A stretch of 64,000 nt of DNA from an uncultured Gammaproteobacteria bacterium (GCA_964507055.1 CAZDOJ010000001.1:273313-337312), one strand, 5' to 3'; numbered from the stretch's first letter, positions 10,396-19,751 are shown. The notes: a model not told the origin generated them from the sequence alone. Made by a program: numbers and translations.

Positions 10396-10598
10396 ATGAG
10401 TTCATTGGCTTTCACTTTTAATTGTCTTGCAATCTTTTGGAGAAGTTCAAGTGAGGGTTGTTTTCTGCCTTGCTCTATATGCCCCATATGTGTTCTGCTT
10501 ATATTTAAATATTCAGCAAACTTCTCTTGGGTCAAACCAGAGAATTTCCTCAGCCTTTGAATGTTTCTCCCCAATTGCTTGTGTGATTCTTTACTCAT
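10392..10598 (-). CDS. XRE-family helix-turn-helix transcriptional regulator
   Basis: 68 aa: LGRNIQRLRKFSGLTQEKFAEYLNISRTHMGHIEQGRKQPSLELLQKIA is a canonical HTH_3 motif. Confidence 0.8.
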   Translation of the reverse strand: MSKESHKQLGRNIQRLRKFSGLTQEKFAEYLNISRTHMGHIEQGRKQPSLELLQKIARQLKVKANELI

Positions 10599-10820
10599 AC
10601 TATAATTATCAATAGCGACCCACTCTCAATCTACAAGCTGTAAGCTAGCATTTAGCCTCAATCCACTCTTGCTTTAATATCTAAGTAAATTATAGACCTT
10701 TAACTCTATTTTAAATAGAGTTAATGTTATCTTCTTTAGCAAAAGACTTGGATAATGGTGATTAAGAAGATTAAATAAATAAGTTTGACAACACAATCTG
10801 ATCCGTGATTTACTGGATGT

Positions 10821-12089
10821 ATGTTCCAATTTCTTCAGCAACTGTTCAATGCCTATCTCACCTTTGCACTCAGTTTTATCCCATTTGGACAGCACCATAA
10901 TCCCACTCCCACACCTACCCCAACTCCTATCATCACTTCTGCTCCGACTTTGACAGTGGCTCCGACGCTTACTTTGGTCCCAACTGCCAGTGCTACTCCA
11001 ACAATAACTCCTACTGTTACACCAATAAAGACACCTATACCGACTCCAACCATGAGACCAAGTGCAACTCCTACAGCAACACCGACGGCGACTTTAACTC
11101 CTATTCCAAGCCCAACAGTCACTCCATCTCCAACAATGACAGTCTCACCAACTGCTTCTCCATCTTTAAGTTTGACATTGACACCAGCACCCTCAGCTTC
11201 TCCAAGCCCAACCGCTGGAATGACGCCTACACCAAGTGCAAGTCCTACGCCAACATTGACTCCGACTCCTACGGCATCAGCAACACCGACGCCGTCTCCA
11301 ACAGTGACACCAACTCCGACACAAATTCCTACACCTACACCAACACTCACTCGAGTTGGAATTGATGTGTCGTATCCGCAATGTGGCCAGACGCTTCCAA
11401 CAGATCATGGATTTGGAATTGTTGGAGTAAATGGTGGGATCGCGACGACTACCAATCCATGTATGAGTACCCAGTTGCTTTGGGCGAAGACTTCTCTTGG
11501 GACACCAAATCAATCTCCAATCCAACTCTATGTAAATACAGGGAATCCTGGTGGTTTAAATACTCCATCTTGGCCTCGCAATAATGTAGATTTGATAGGC
11601 AATGTTACAGCCAATCCATATGGTGTTTGTGATGGATCGGATTCTCTTTCCTGTGCGTGGCAATATGGCTGGAATAGAGCAATGGATGATGTACTCTTTA
11701 AATTCGCCCCAGCTGCACAGGCTGTAAATATTTCTCCTGAACCCTCACTCTATCCTTGGTGGCTTGATGTTGAGACGACGAATTCTTGGAAGTATGGTTC
11801 AGACTTCGCTTTCCAAAGTAATCGAGCAACGCTTGAGGGTATGGTGACGTATTTTAAATTTCGTCAAGTCAATATCGGTGTCTATTCGACGAATTATCAA
11901 TGGACGTTGATTATGGGAACAGTTCCATCCAATAGTAATCTTGTAGGTCTTCGTAACTGGAGAGCTGGTGCTGTAGATCTGGCACAAGCACAATCCTATT
12001 GTGGACTTACTCCACTGACATCTGGTTCAAGTGTCATCATGACGCAATTTGTCTTGGATAACTTCGACCACAATTATTCTTGCATTTAA
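10821..12089 (+). CDS. secreted glycoside-hydrolase-like protein (GH25/Rv2525c-like domain) with a long Thr/Pro-rich linker
   Basis: Hydrophobic N-terminus, then about 160 aa of T/P/S/A repeats. The C-terminal domain begins GIDVSYPQCG, resembling the GH25 muramidase GIDVSxxQG start. The start codon is uncertain. Confidence 0.5.
   Translation: MFQFLQQLFNAYLTFALSFIPFGQHHNPTPTPTPTPIITSAPTLTVAPTLTLVPTASATPTITPTVTPIKTPIPTPTMRPSATPTATPTATLTPIPSPTVTPSPTMTVSPTASPSLSLTLTPAPSASPSPTAGMTPTPSASPTPTLTPTPTASATPTPSPTVTPTPTQIPTPTPTLTRVGIDVSYPQCGQTLPTDHGFGIVGVNGGIATTTNPCMSTQLLWAKTSLGTPNQSPIQLYVNTGNPGGLNTPSWPRNNVDLIGNVTANPYGVCDGSDSLSCAWQYGWNRAMDDVLFKFAPAAQAVNISPEPSLYPWWLDVETTNSWKYGSDFAFQSNRATLEGMVTYFKFRQVNIGVYSTNYQWTLIMGTVPSNSNLVGLRNWRAGAVDLAQAQSYCGLTPLTSGSSVIMTQFVLDNFDHNYSCI
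10900..11340 (+). repeat. low-complexity ACNCCN-type nucleotide repeat encoding the Thr/Pro linker
   Basis: About 440 nt of degenerate hexanucleotide periodicity; the antisense strand gives a spurious GV-rich ORF. Confidence 0.8.
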
Positions 12090-12096
12090 GAAAAAA

Positions 12097-12123
12097 GCCC
12101 ACCGGTTGGTGAGCTTTTTGTTT
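12097..12123. terminator. bidirectional rho-independent terminator between convergent genes
   Basis: A stem GCCCACC/GGTGAGC with a GGTT loop, preceded by AAAAAA and followed by TTTTTGTTTG. Confidence 0.7.
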
Positions 12124-12142
12124 GCATTTTTGTGAATAAAGC

Positions 12143-12550
12143 TTATGCAGCTTTCTTTCCTGCGATGTTTACCATCCATTCGACCCCGAATTTATCTGTT
12201 AACATACCGAAAGAATCTCCCCAGGGTGCTTGTTGAAGCGGCTGGGCGATGTTTGCTCCTTCTGAGAGTTTGTCCCAGTATCCTTTCAATTCAGTTTCAT
12301 CTTCTCCGCTGAGTGAGATAGTTGCAATCTTTCCTGGTGTGGCTTCCATGTGACTTGGCTTATCAGATGCCATAAGTGTAAAACCTTTTTCAGTATCAAG
12401 CTGTGAATGCATGATTCCGTCGCCTTCGTCTGGCATTCCTGAATCTTTAAAAGTATTAAAGACTAGATTTCCGCCGAAAACTGTTTTGTAAAATTCCATT
12501 GCATCTCGAGCATTGTCTATGAAGTTAAGATATGGATTTAATTTTGTCAT
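12143..12550 (-). CDS. VOC/glyoxalase-fold protein, PhnB-like
   Basis: 135 aa. MTKLNPYLNF ... AMEFYKTVFGG ... and the C-terminal GDSFGMLTDKFGVEWMVN are typical of the PhnB/3-demethylubiquinone-MTase-like VOC family. Confidence 0.6.
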   Translation of the reverse strand: MTKLNPYLNFIDNARDAMEFYKTVFGGNLVFNTFKDSGMPDEGDGIMHSQLDTEKGFTLMASDKPSHMEATPGKIATISLSGEDETELKGYWDKLSEGANIAQPLQQAPWGDSFGMLTDKFGVEWMVNIAGKKAA

Positions 12551-12613
12551 GTGTAATCACCTCCTTTCTTTTTCTGCAAAAAGTATAGCAAATCAATTAA
12601 ATAAAGTGTAGAT

Positions 12614-12874
12614 TTACTGGCCGACTCTTGGGTTGGTGGCGAGGATGAAGTCTATGACTTCTGAGGCAAAGGTTCCGACGATTGGGACGAGATTCACGTT
12701 TTTTGCGATGAGGCCGAGGAGATAAAAGAAGATGGCCAAACCAACTGTTGCACCGACGGCCCATGCAACGCCGCCGATAAAGTTATTCATGATGATCTCA
12801 TACCAATGAAGGCGAGTTGAAGATCGTTCATACGGTTGCATTGGTTTGGGTTTTGCCATGTATTTAGTATGCAA
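12614..12874 (-). CDS. small membrane protein, hypothetical
   Basis: 86 aa with a hydrophobic core (FIGGVAWAVGATVGLAIFFYLLGLIA). Confidence 0.4.
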   Translation of the reverse strand: MHTKYMAKPKPMQPYERSSTRLHWYEIIMNNFIGGVAWAVGATVGLAIFFYLLGLIAKNVNLVPIVGTFASEVIDFILATNPRVGQ

Positions 12875-12894
12875 ATATTTAGTTGAACTGTCAA

Positions 12895-13479
12895 CTAAAG
12901 TCCGAGGTCTTTATGAATTCCCTGCATTGCTTTGAGTGCTATTGTGATAAATTCATCCAATGGGATATCGAGCTTTTCTTCACAAAGCTTAATAACTTCA
13001 CGATCTGCTCCTGCAGCAAATGCTTTCTGTCCAAATTTCTTCATGACTGCTTCCTCTGTGACCGAAGCGAGCTTTTTGTCGGGACGTACTAATGCACAAG
13101 CGGTAATGAGTCCGGTCAATTGATCACATGTGGTTATCGCCCAATCCATAGGCTTATGTGGGAGTACTTTCGTTGCTTGATAATTGTGTGCCATGATCGC
13201 GTAAGCGATCTCATCAGGAAGTTCAACTTCATTATTCGCGAATAATAAAATGCCATGCTTGTCGAGCTGATTGGTTGCTTGTGCACGTTCGTAATCGATA
13301 TCGTGGAGAAGCCCTGTAATACCCCATTTTTCTTCTGTCTCTGGGTTTTGCATCTCTTCGATCGTAAGATGCCTGTACAAGGCTCTCATGGTCACCTCGG
13401 CGGCAAGAGAATGCTTGATTAAGTTCTTATTTTTCATGTACTGCATAAGCAGCTCATATGCATCGTCTCTATTCATCAT
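12895..13479 (-). CDS. HD-domain phosphohydrolase
   Basis: 194 aa with an H ... HD ... D metal-binding pattern (ITGLLHDIDY). Confidence 0.7.
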   Translation of the reverse strand: MMNRDDAYELLMQYMKNKNLIKHSLAAEVTMRALYRHLTIEEMQNPETEEKWGITGLLHDIDYERAQATNQLDKHGILLFANNEVELPDEIAYAIMAHNYQATKVLPHKPMDWAITTCDQLTGLITACALVRPDKKLASVTEEAVMKKFGQKAFAAGADREVIKLCEEKLDIPLDEFITIALKAMQGIHKDLGL

Positions 13480-13483
13480 TTAA

Positions 13484-14320
13484 TTATACGCCATTTGTCT
13501 TCTTTCTTTCAAAAATAACTTGTGCCAAAGCATCTGCTCCAGCTTGTGGTTCCATTCGCATTTGTGTAAATGCAATCGCTTCACGAAGCCTCTGTTGAGC
13601 ATATGCTTCATTCGGTGCTTTTTCTGTAAGAATTTCAAGAAATAATCGCATTTCATCAAGTTTTCCTTCACTTAATCTTGTCCAACGGTTTTCAAATCTT
13701 TTATTGGCTAATTCTATGCTACGTAATGGACTATTTGCAACGGCGATCTGATCCATAACTTTAATTGTCGGGACTTCAAGGTTTGGATCATCCATATGTG
13801 CATCAATGATTGTTTCAAAATATGGACGTTTATCATCTGCTTCCGGGTAAAGGTCCTTTCCGTTATCTTTATGACTGAGAGCGACTATTCCTCTTGATAC
13901 ATCAGGTTGAGTTTTTCTTGCGATATCTTCAGGTGTATCAGGAGTATTCTCGTATAAATCATGACCCAATGCAGCTCCAAATGTTGGCAGAGAAAGTTTT
14001 CTCCAGCCAATTGCATGTGCCATAAGTATCCCCACCTGAAATGCATGATTTATCTCATCTTCATCCGTAAATTTTCGTTTGCCTTCATATTGTTCTTCAA
14101 GACTCCCTACAAATGTCCGTATTTTCTCTGCTGGAATATTTGGAGCTGCATCTGCAATGCTAAAGACTCGTTCTTTGAGGACATTTGTATTTCTTGTTTG
14201 TAATGTATCTATTACTGATGGCCAAAAGGGTACATCAAGTCTTTGTCGTTCTAGTTTTCTTTTTTGCGTTACACTTACTTCTGTGGAAATTGGTGACCTG
14301 CTTTCTGGAGATTTCAACAT
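13484..14320 (-). CDS. HD-domain phosphohydrolase (second, tandem copy; start trimmed so as not to overlap tRNA-Val)
   Basis: The HD motif AALGHDLYE is present. The longest ORF (to 14368) overlaps the tRNA at 14325-14400, so the true start must be internal. Confidence 0.6.
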   Translation of the reverse strand: MLKSPESRSPISTEVSVTQKRKLERQRLDVPFWPSVIDTLQTRNTNVLKERVFSIADAAPNIPAEKIRTFVGSLEEQYEGKRKFTDEDEINHAFQVGILMAHAIGWRKLSLPTFGAALGHDLYENTPDTPEDIARKTQPDVSRGIVALSHKDNGKDLYPEADDKRPYFETIIDAHMDDPNLEVPTIKVMDQIAVANSPLRSIELANKRFENRWTRLSEGKLDEMRLFLEILTEKAPNEAYAQQRLREAIAFTQMRMEPQAGADALAQVIFERKKTNGV

Positions 14321-14324
14321 AAAG

Positions 14325-14400
14325 GGTGGGCCCAAGAGAAGTCGAATCTCTGACCTTTGCAATGTCAATGCAACGCTCTAACCAACTGAGCTATGAGCCC
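14325..14400 (-). tRNA. tRNA-Val (anticodon GAC)
   Basis: Cloverleaf GGGCTCATAGCTCAGTTGGTTAGAGCGTTGCATTGACATTGCAAAGGTCAGAGATTCGACTTCTCTTGGGCCCACC, with anticodon loop TTGACAT. Confidence 0.9.
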
Positions 14401-14478
14401 TTGTAAACACTCGTTTAATGTAGAAATTATAACATACAATTTAGCCTAATTGAATTTTTCTCGTACTTTGTCTTTACA

Positions 14479-15663
14479 CTATTTAATGGAAAGAAGGAAT
14501 TTTTTGAGGATTTGGTAATAATCACTTAATCCTTGTATCTCAACGTATTCACCGTCGTTATGTTGTCCATATCCTGTAGGACCGAATTCTACCGCGTCAC
14601 ATCCAACATTTGAGAAGAATGTTGTATCAGATCCTCCGTGTGTTTTCTCAATTGCTAATTCCTTGCCCAAAACATCTGATCCAACCTTTTTTAAAGTTTG
14701 CATATATTCACTTTTTGGATCAGAGAAATGTGCATTACGCATCTGACTTACTTCAAAATCCACACCTTCAGGCAATAGGGACTTTACATCTTTTAGGATG
14801 GTGTCACGGTCATCTTTACTGAATCTAATATCAAATGTCGCTGAACAATGATCAGGTACGCGATTCCATGTAGGATTGGTCGTATGTATTTTGGAAACTG
14901 TAACTGTTGTGCCATCTGTTTCATCTGTTGGATGTGGGAAGTGCTCTTGAATTTTAGCTAAGACTTCATACATCTTCAGGATTGCATTTTGGCCTTTCCA
15001 AGGATACGCACCGTGGGCGGCTGTCCCGCCTACTGTAATTTGTGCTGTGATGATGCCTTTGGTTTCATGGATGATTCTAAAGTTACTTCCGCATTCGCCC
15101 ATGATCGCAAATTCCGTTCGAACGCCATTTTGTAATTGATAATCTGTCCCATCTCCTCCAGCGATTTCTTCCTCCGTAACTAGTTGTAATCCCAATGGAT
15201 AATCAACTTTATCTGCAAGTTCATTAAAAAGTAAGATCATTACTGCTGCTGCCCCTTTCATGTCGTATGCTCCTCGGCCGAAGAGTTTTCCATCTTTGAC
15301 CTCAGGAATAAATTGTTCGGATGATCCTGCAACGACATCCAAATGTGCATTCAAAATAATTTTGAAGTTATTCGTATTCTGGTTGCGATATAACAGACTT
15401 GGATATGAATTTGAAACGTATGGTGTGAATTCATGATCGGTGAGTTGCTGCTTGGCTAATTCCAGTATTTCTACTGCATTTTCAATGTCACCTGTGATCG
15501 ATGGGATAACAACAAGCTGTTTGGCGAATGAAACAATATCTTCAATAGGAGTTTCTTTTGCAACAAGCGTACCATTGGTCGCCGTTTCTGCCACTGGAGT
15601 ATAATCCTCGTCATCAAAAGAAGAAGTTGTATCAAGAGTTTGATTATCAGTTACTTTTTTCAT
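14479..15663 (-). CDS. M20-family metallopeptidase (ArgE/DapE-like deacylase)
   Basis: 394 aa with the NAHLDVV and GRGAYDMKG motifs of the M20 family. Confidence 0.8.
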   Translation of the reverse strand: MKKVTDNQTLDTTSSFDDEDYTPVAETATNGTLVAKETPIEDIVSFAKQLVVIPSITGDIENAVEILELAKQQLTDHEFTPYVSNSYPSLLYRNQNTNNFKIILNAHLDVVAGSSEQFIPEVKDGKLFGRGAYDMKGAAAVMILLFNELADKVDYPLGLQLVTEEEIAGGDGTDYQLQNGVRTEFAIMGECGSNFRIIHETKGIITAQITVGGTAAHGAYPWKGQNAILKMYEVLAKIQEHFPHPTDETDGTTVTVSKIHTTNPTWNRVPDHCSATFDIRFSKDDRDTILKDVKSLLPEGVDFEVSQMRNAHFSDPKSEYMQTLKKVGSDVLGKELAIEKTHGGSDTTFFSNVGCDAVEFGPTGYGQHNDGEYVEIQGLSDYYQILKKFLLSIK

Positions 15664-15674
15664 AGTTTAAAAAT

Positions 15675-15697
15675 AAAAAACCCGCTCTTGAAGCGGG
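15675..15697 (-). terminator. rho-independent terminator
   Basis: Hairpin CCCGC-TCTTGAA-GCGGG followed, on the minus strand, by TTTTTT; it lies downstream of gene 15811-17418. Confidence 0.65.
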
Positions 15698-15810
15698 TGC
15701 AATGTATCATATATGCTACCCACCACGTCAGACGCGGTTGATAAGGACAAACATGATTTGGCATTTCTTTACCATGAAATCATTATACTCCCCTCATCAA
15801 ACGTGTCAAG

Positions 15811-17418
15811 TTACGCTGCTTTTTTTATATCTTCAAAAATTGCATGTAATTCGCCTTTTCTATGTGCTGCCTCTCCAGTCATAATAATACCTATTTTTGC
15901 AAGTTCACCTTTTTTTGGTGCTTCTAAAGGTCTAGTTCGTAAAATTACCAAACCATTTTCTCTATCATCAGCTGAATATGTTTCAAGTAGTTCTGCTGTG
16001 AGTTCATCTACATTAATTCCCATTGGAAGTGAGAATGCATCTTCTGTGCGTAAACCTTTAGTAAGGACAGCACGCATATTTGCAACATGTTGATCCATTC
16101 TTTCGACCAATAGTACTTCGTCAATTGCTTCAATTAAATTTGTTCTGCGTGGGTTACTCTCAGCAAGAAAATAATCCGCTGCTTGATCTAGTTGTCCATA
16201 TCTACGAAGCTTGGCACGAAGACTTGAGTCGATTGAGCCATTTCTTAGTCCATCTATAATTCTTCTTTGTGCTTCTTGCTCTTGTTGTCCAAGAATCATT
16301 ACATCCACATTCATAGGTCCACGTAATTCTTGTGCATCTATGCCTTTTTCTTTTGCCAGATTATGTACAAATCCTTTACTTGCCTCAGATACTCGGTCTT
16401 CAAATTCTGTTTGACGATTCTGAATATATGGATCTGTAGGTTCATAGCTAGTAGTTCCTACACATGCCTTTGTCTGTTCATCAAGGATTTGTCCATTAAA
16501 CCCAAGAGGAAGTACTTCTCCATCCATAAAAAACATTGAAAGCCCTGGAACATCACGTAAATCCAATGATCGTGATAGAACAACATCAGCATTTGTATCT
16601 CCACCTGTACTTGCTTCCATAAATGTTTGAGCGTCGGTTAAAGCATCTTTCCAATTATCATATGGTTGATGCTCTTTTTTATCATCAGTTTCAAGAATGA
16701 TCTTACTGTCCTTTTCGTGAATATTGAAACTGCCATACCCACCATCTGAGAAGCTTAATCTTCCAAAGATACCTTTTTTGTAATTAGGCATAGCAATTGC
16801 CGCATATAATTCGTCTTCAAATGCTATTAATTCTTCAGCTTTCTCCATGACATCTCCAACTTTCACCACTTCATGGTGCGGAACCGCAAAATCAGGGTCA
16901 TTGGCTTCACGAACTAAATCATGGAATTTACCTTTATCTTTTAAGTCATGAACAACTTCAGAATGCAAACCGCTCACTTCGATATCATCTCTCTGCAACC
17001 CTTCTGTGCCCATAAAAGCATTAAATTTACCATTATTAAGATAAGGAGCTATAAGCGCTTTTCCTCCTGTTTGGTCAAGGTGTCTCTTTAATGTGTTCGG
17101 GGTAAAGATTGTAAATCTATCACTTTCGCCTGAGAGCTCTCCTAGATATGCGATTTGCTTTTCTGTATTTTCACGACCTCTTGCTAAAAGTCTGCTGACC
17201 ACCGGATCACTTACTCCTGAACTATCTCTCAATAAAACCCCCTCGACACCTCCTACTTGTGGTATGTGTCCTGGACGCTGACTATATTTTGCTTCTATTG
17301 CTGCTGCTTTTCGTGGATCAAGCTCTAGTAAATCCTCGACATTATGACGAGCAACTCCAACAGTAAAGTGCTTGTTTGGTCTTGCATATGTAAATTGTGT
17401 TTCTAAATTTCTTGGCAT
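15811..17418 (-). CDS. hypothetical 535-aa protein (possibly a carboxylate-amine ligase / ATP-grasp-like fold; not firmly recognised)
   Basis: Long, well-formed ORF flanked by two near-identical terminator hairpins; no secure motif. Confidence 0.4.
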   Translation of the reverse strand: MPRNLETQFTYARPNKHFTVGVARHNVEDLLELDPRKAAAIEAKYSQRPGHIPQVGGVEGVLLRDSSGVSDPVVSRLLARGRENTEKQIAYLGELSGESDRFTIFTPNTLKRHLDQTGGKALIAPYLNNGKFNAFMGTEGLQRDDIEVSGLHSEVVHDLKDKGKFHDLVREANDPDFAVPHHEVVKVGDVMEKAEELIAFEDELYAAIAMPNYKKGIFGRLSFSDGGYGSFNIHEKDSKIILETDDKKEHQPYDNWKDALTDAQTFMEASTGGDTNADVVLSRSLDLRDVPGLSMFFMDGEVLPLGFNGQILDEQTKACVGTTSYEPTDPYIQNRQTEFEDRVSEASKGFVHNLAKEKGIDAQELRGPMNVDVMILGQQEQEAQRRIIDGLRNGSIDSSLRAKLRRYGQLDQAADYFLAESNPRRTNLIEAIDEVLLVERMDQHVANMRAVLTKGLRTEDAFSLPMGINVDELTAELLETYSADDRENGLVILRTRPLEAPKKGELAKIGIIMTGEAAHRKGELHAIFEDIKKAA

Positions 17419-17424
17419 AAGAAC

Positions 17425-17449
17425 GAAAAAACCCGCTTCTTGAGCGGGT
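17425..17449 (-). terminator. rho-independent terminator
   Basis: Hairpin ACCCGCT-TCTTG-AGCGGGT followed, on the minus strand, by TTTTTT; it lies downstream of gene 17593-18282. Confidence 0.65.
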
Positions 17450-17592
17450 ATTAGTTAAAAAAACTACGTTAGCTCCCGCCCCTAAGGGGTAATAATGAGA
17501 GCAACAATAATAAGTTCCATATGTTTAACCATAAATTTATTCTAAAGAAATGTCAGGGAAATGTCAAACTTATGCGAGCAATTCTATGAAGC

Positions 17593-18282
17593 TTAACCCG
17601 CAGCGTTCTGAATAGTAGTTCTTTCTCCAGATTGATGCATTTTTCCGTTTGCAATACTAAAGTCTGTACTTGCTTTACCTGAGCGTTTCCCTTTTACAGC
17701 GTTCAACCATGCTCCACTGTCTTCAACTTTCTGTCGAGCTTGTCTGATAACAATTAACATCCAGTCAAAGAAGGTTTTATGGTACTCACCTGCGTCTACT
17801 GGTGCTTGTTCCATTGCTACTTCTGCGAATTCCATTTGAAGCACTTTTGAAGATGCGAGCAAATTTTGCAATTCTGCTTTAATTTCTTCAACTTCATTTC
17901 GGAATGTATGTTTTTCAGACTTCACTGCACGTTCACTACTCTGAGCAATTTCGCGACTGTAATTCATTGCGGCTTCAATGTGAGGAGTTTTTTCACCAGA
18001 TGATTTCTTCTCAGTGTTTTGTTTATGTGTTAATGCATTAAAGAGTTCAACTACTCCACCTGTATCTGGTTTTTCGTCTTCTTTCTTTGGTGCATGTTTT
18101 TCAGTTTTTTGGGATGCTCCGCCTAATTCAAGACCAAGAAGTTGTTTGAGGAATGTTTTTCCAGATTCGCCTGCTTCACTAACTGCTGCTTTTCTTGCTT
18201 CCTTCGCAAGCTTCGCGCCCTGCTCTCCAATACGTTCATGAGCGGCTGCTACACTATGTGTTTTTTGCTTTGCGCCTGCCAT
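17593..18282 (-). CDS. hypothetical protein (229 aa, Lys/Glu-rich, helical)
   Basis: ORF only. Confidence 0.4.
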   Translation of the reverse strand: MAGAKQKTHSVAAAHERIGEQGAKLAKEARKAAVSEAGESGKTFLKQLLGLELGGASQKTEKHAPKKEDEKPDTGGVVELFNALTHKQNTEKKSSGEKTPHIEAAMNYSREIAQSSERAVKSEKHTFRNEVEEIKAELQNLLASSKVLQMEFAEVAMEQAPVDAGEYHKTFFDWMLIVIRQARQKVEDSGAWLNAVKGKRSGKASTDFSIANGKMHQSGERTTIQNAAG

Positions 18283-18297
18283 ACTTATAGGACTTTA

Positions 18298-19203
18298 TCA
18301 CAGATTCATTAATAAATCAAGCGTCTTCTGCTGTCTGAGGATTCCAGCGAGGAGATAACGATTTTGTTCCATGCTCTGTTTTTCTTGAGGACTTTTTGCT
18401 TTTGCTATTGCCTCATCAATTTCCTGTTCTTCAATTGATACTTTTTCGAGTTCTGCAATCTTTTGGAGAACAAATTCAAGCTTGATATCTTCCTCAGCAC
18501 GTTTTGCATATTCTTCTCGAAGATCTTCAGGTTTTCGATTGGTTGTCCCAAGATATTGATCCAAACTTAAACCAAGTCTCTTAATGTCATTCAATAGTTG
18601 TGAAAGTAATCTATCTGCTTCCTGATCAATCAGAACCTGTGGCACACGTACTTTTGCATCAGCTAAGATTACTTTCATAAAATCTTCCAATGCAGGCTTC
18701 TTATTTTCATTTTCTTTTCCTGGAATAACAATCTTGCTCTTTGCAGTTACTGCCTGTACATTCTTTTTGTAGTCACCTGGATCTACTTCAGGCATTTCAC
18801 AGGTGAGAGCATTAAATATCCAATCCTGACCTTCTTCAATTTTTTCAACATGCATTTTCGGATTCATGATTGGTTTGAGTTTGTGTTCTTCAACAGCTTT
18901 CATGTATGCTTCTGGAAGTAATCTTTTCAAAATTTCTTCTTGGACTGCTTCTGGATTTAAGTGACTTGCTGCTAGATTTGCAGGAGCTTTTCCTTTTCTA
19001 AATCCTGCGACATTTGTTTGTTTCGCTAAGTCATCAATAACGACTGTTCCTGTTTTTGCGATATCTGTTTGTGGAAGTACGAGAGTTACTTTAATTGTTC
19101 CATCTTCGAGTCTCTCGACGCCTGGTTTTAAAGTTTTTTCTTCTGTCTTTGGTGCTGCTTTTGCCATAGTTAATCGAAAAATGAGCTCTTCGCTCACTTT
19201 CAT
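18298..19203 (-). CDS. tig: trigger factor, minimal form without a PPIase domain
   Basis: Ribosome-binding signature GFRKGKAP near the N-terminus, with a helical C-terminal arm domain. At about 290 aa it is short for a trigger factor. Confidence 0.75.
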   Translation of the reverse strand: MKVSEELIFRLTMAKAAPKTEEKTLKPGVERLEDGTIKVTLVLPQTDIAKTGTVVIDDLAKQTNVAGFRKGKAPANLAASHLNPEAVQEEILKRLLPEAYMKAVEEHKLKPIMNPKMHVEKIEEGQDWIFNALTCEMPEVDPGDYKKNVQAVTAKSKIVIPGKENENKKPALEDFMKVILADAKVRVPQVLIDQEADRLLSQLLNDIKRLGLSLDQYLGTTNRKPEDLREEYAKRAEEDIKLEFVLQKIAELEKVSIEEQEIDEAIAKAKSPQEKQSMEQNRYLLAGILRQQKTLDLLMNL

Positions 19204-19244
19204 TACCCCGATTATAATCTATTTTGTCTTGAGGATCAAGTTGA

Positions 19245-19751
19245 TTAATGTGAATCTGTATTCGGTTTAGAATGTAGTCCAGCTAAATAATCTCTTGATG
19301 CTTGAATCGCTTGCCTAAATTCAGGAGTTACTGCTTCTTGTTGTTCAGGTTGGCCATAAAGACTGACTAATGCATTAAAGAAATCTCTTCTATCAGTAAC
19401 ATATTGGCTAAACCCATCTCCTAATACGTTTTTTGCGTCTTCTAATTCATTTTTTAATGAAGCTTTGCATCTCTCCTCTTCTGGTAAATCTGCAAATTTG
19501 GTTTTCTCGCGTATTTCATGGGCCATAATTAAAGGTCTTCTTTCTTCCGGAACGTCAACAGATATAAAAAGTGCTGATACATCTGGAAATCCTACGGTAT
19601 ATGGAAGTGGAGCAAGTCCTGGACGGACAAGAGTAAAAGTGTAAGGCTTGCCATCAACTACAAATCCGCCAGGTTTGGTGCCTTCTGCTTGTACATTCCT
19701 GAGCCATTGAGGCCTTGCGTCAATTGATGGTCTTTCAGCTGGTTTTGGCAT
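19245..19751 (-). CDS. hypothetical protein (168 aa)
   Basis: ORF only. Confidence 0.4.
   Translation of the reverse strand: MPKPAERPSIDARPQWLRNVQAEGTKPGGFVVDGKPYTFTLVRPGLAPLPYTVGFPDVSALFISVDVPEERRPLIMAHEIREKTKFADLPEEERCKASLKNELEDAKNVLGDGFSQYVTDRRDFFNALVSLYGQPEQQEAVTPEFRQAIQASRDYLAGLHSKPNTDSH

Noticed and set aside
10853-11350. 165-aa minus-strand ORF rich in Gly/Val repeats
   Set aside because: It is the antisense reading of the Thr/Pro-linker hexanucleotide repeat of the plus-strand lysin-like gene, a compositional artefact rather than a gene.
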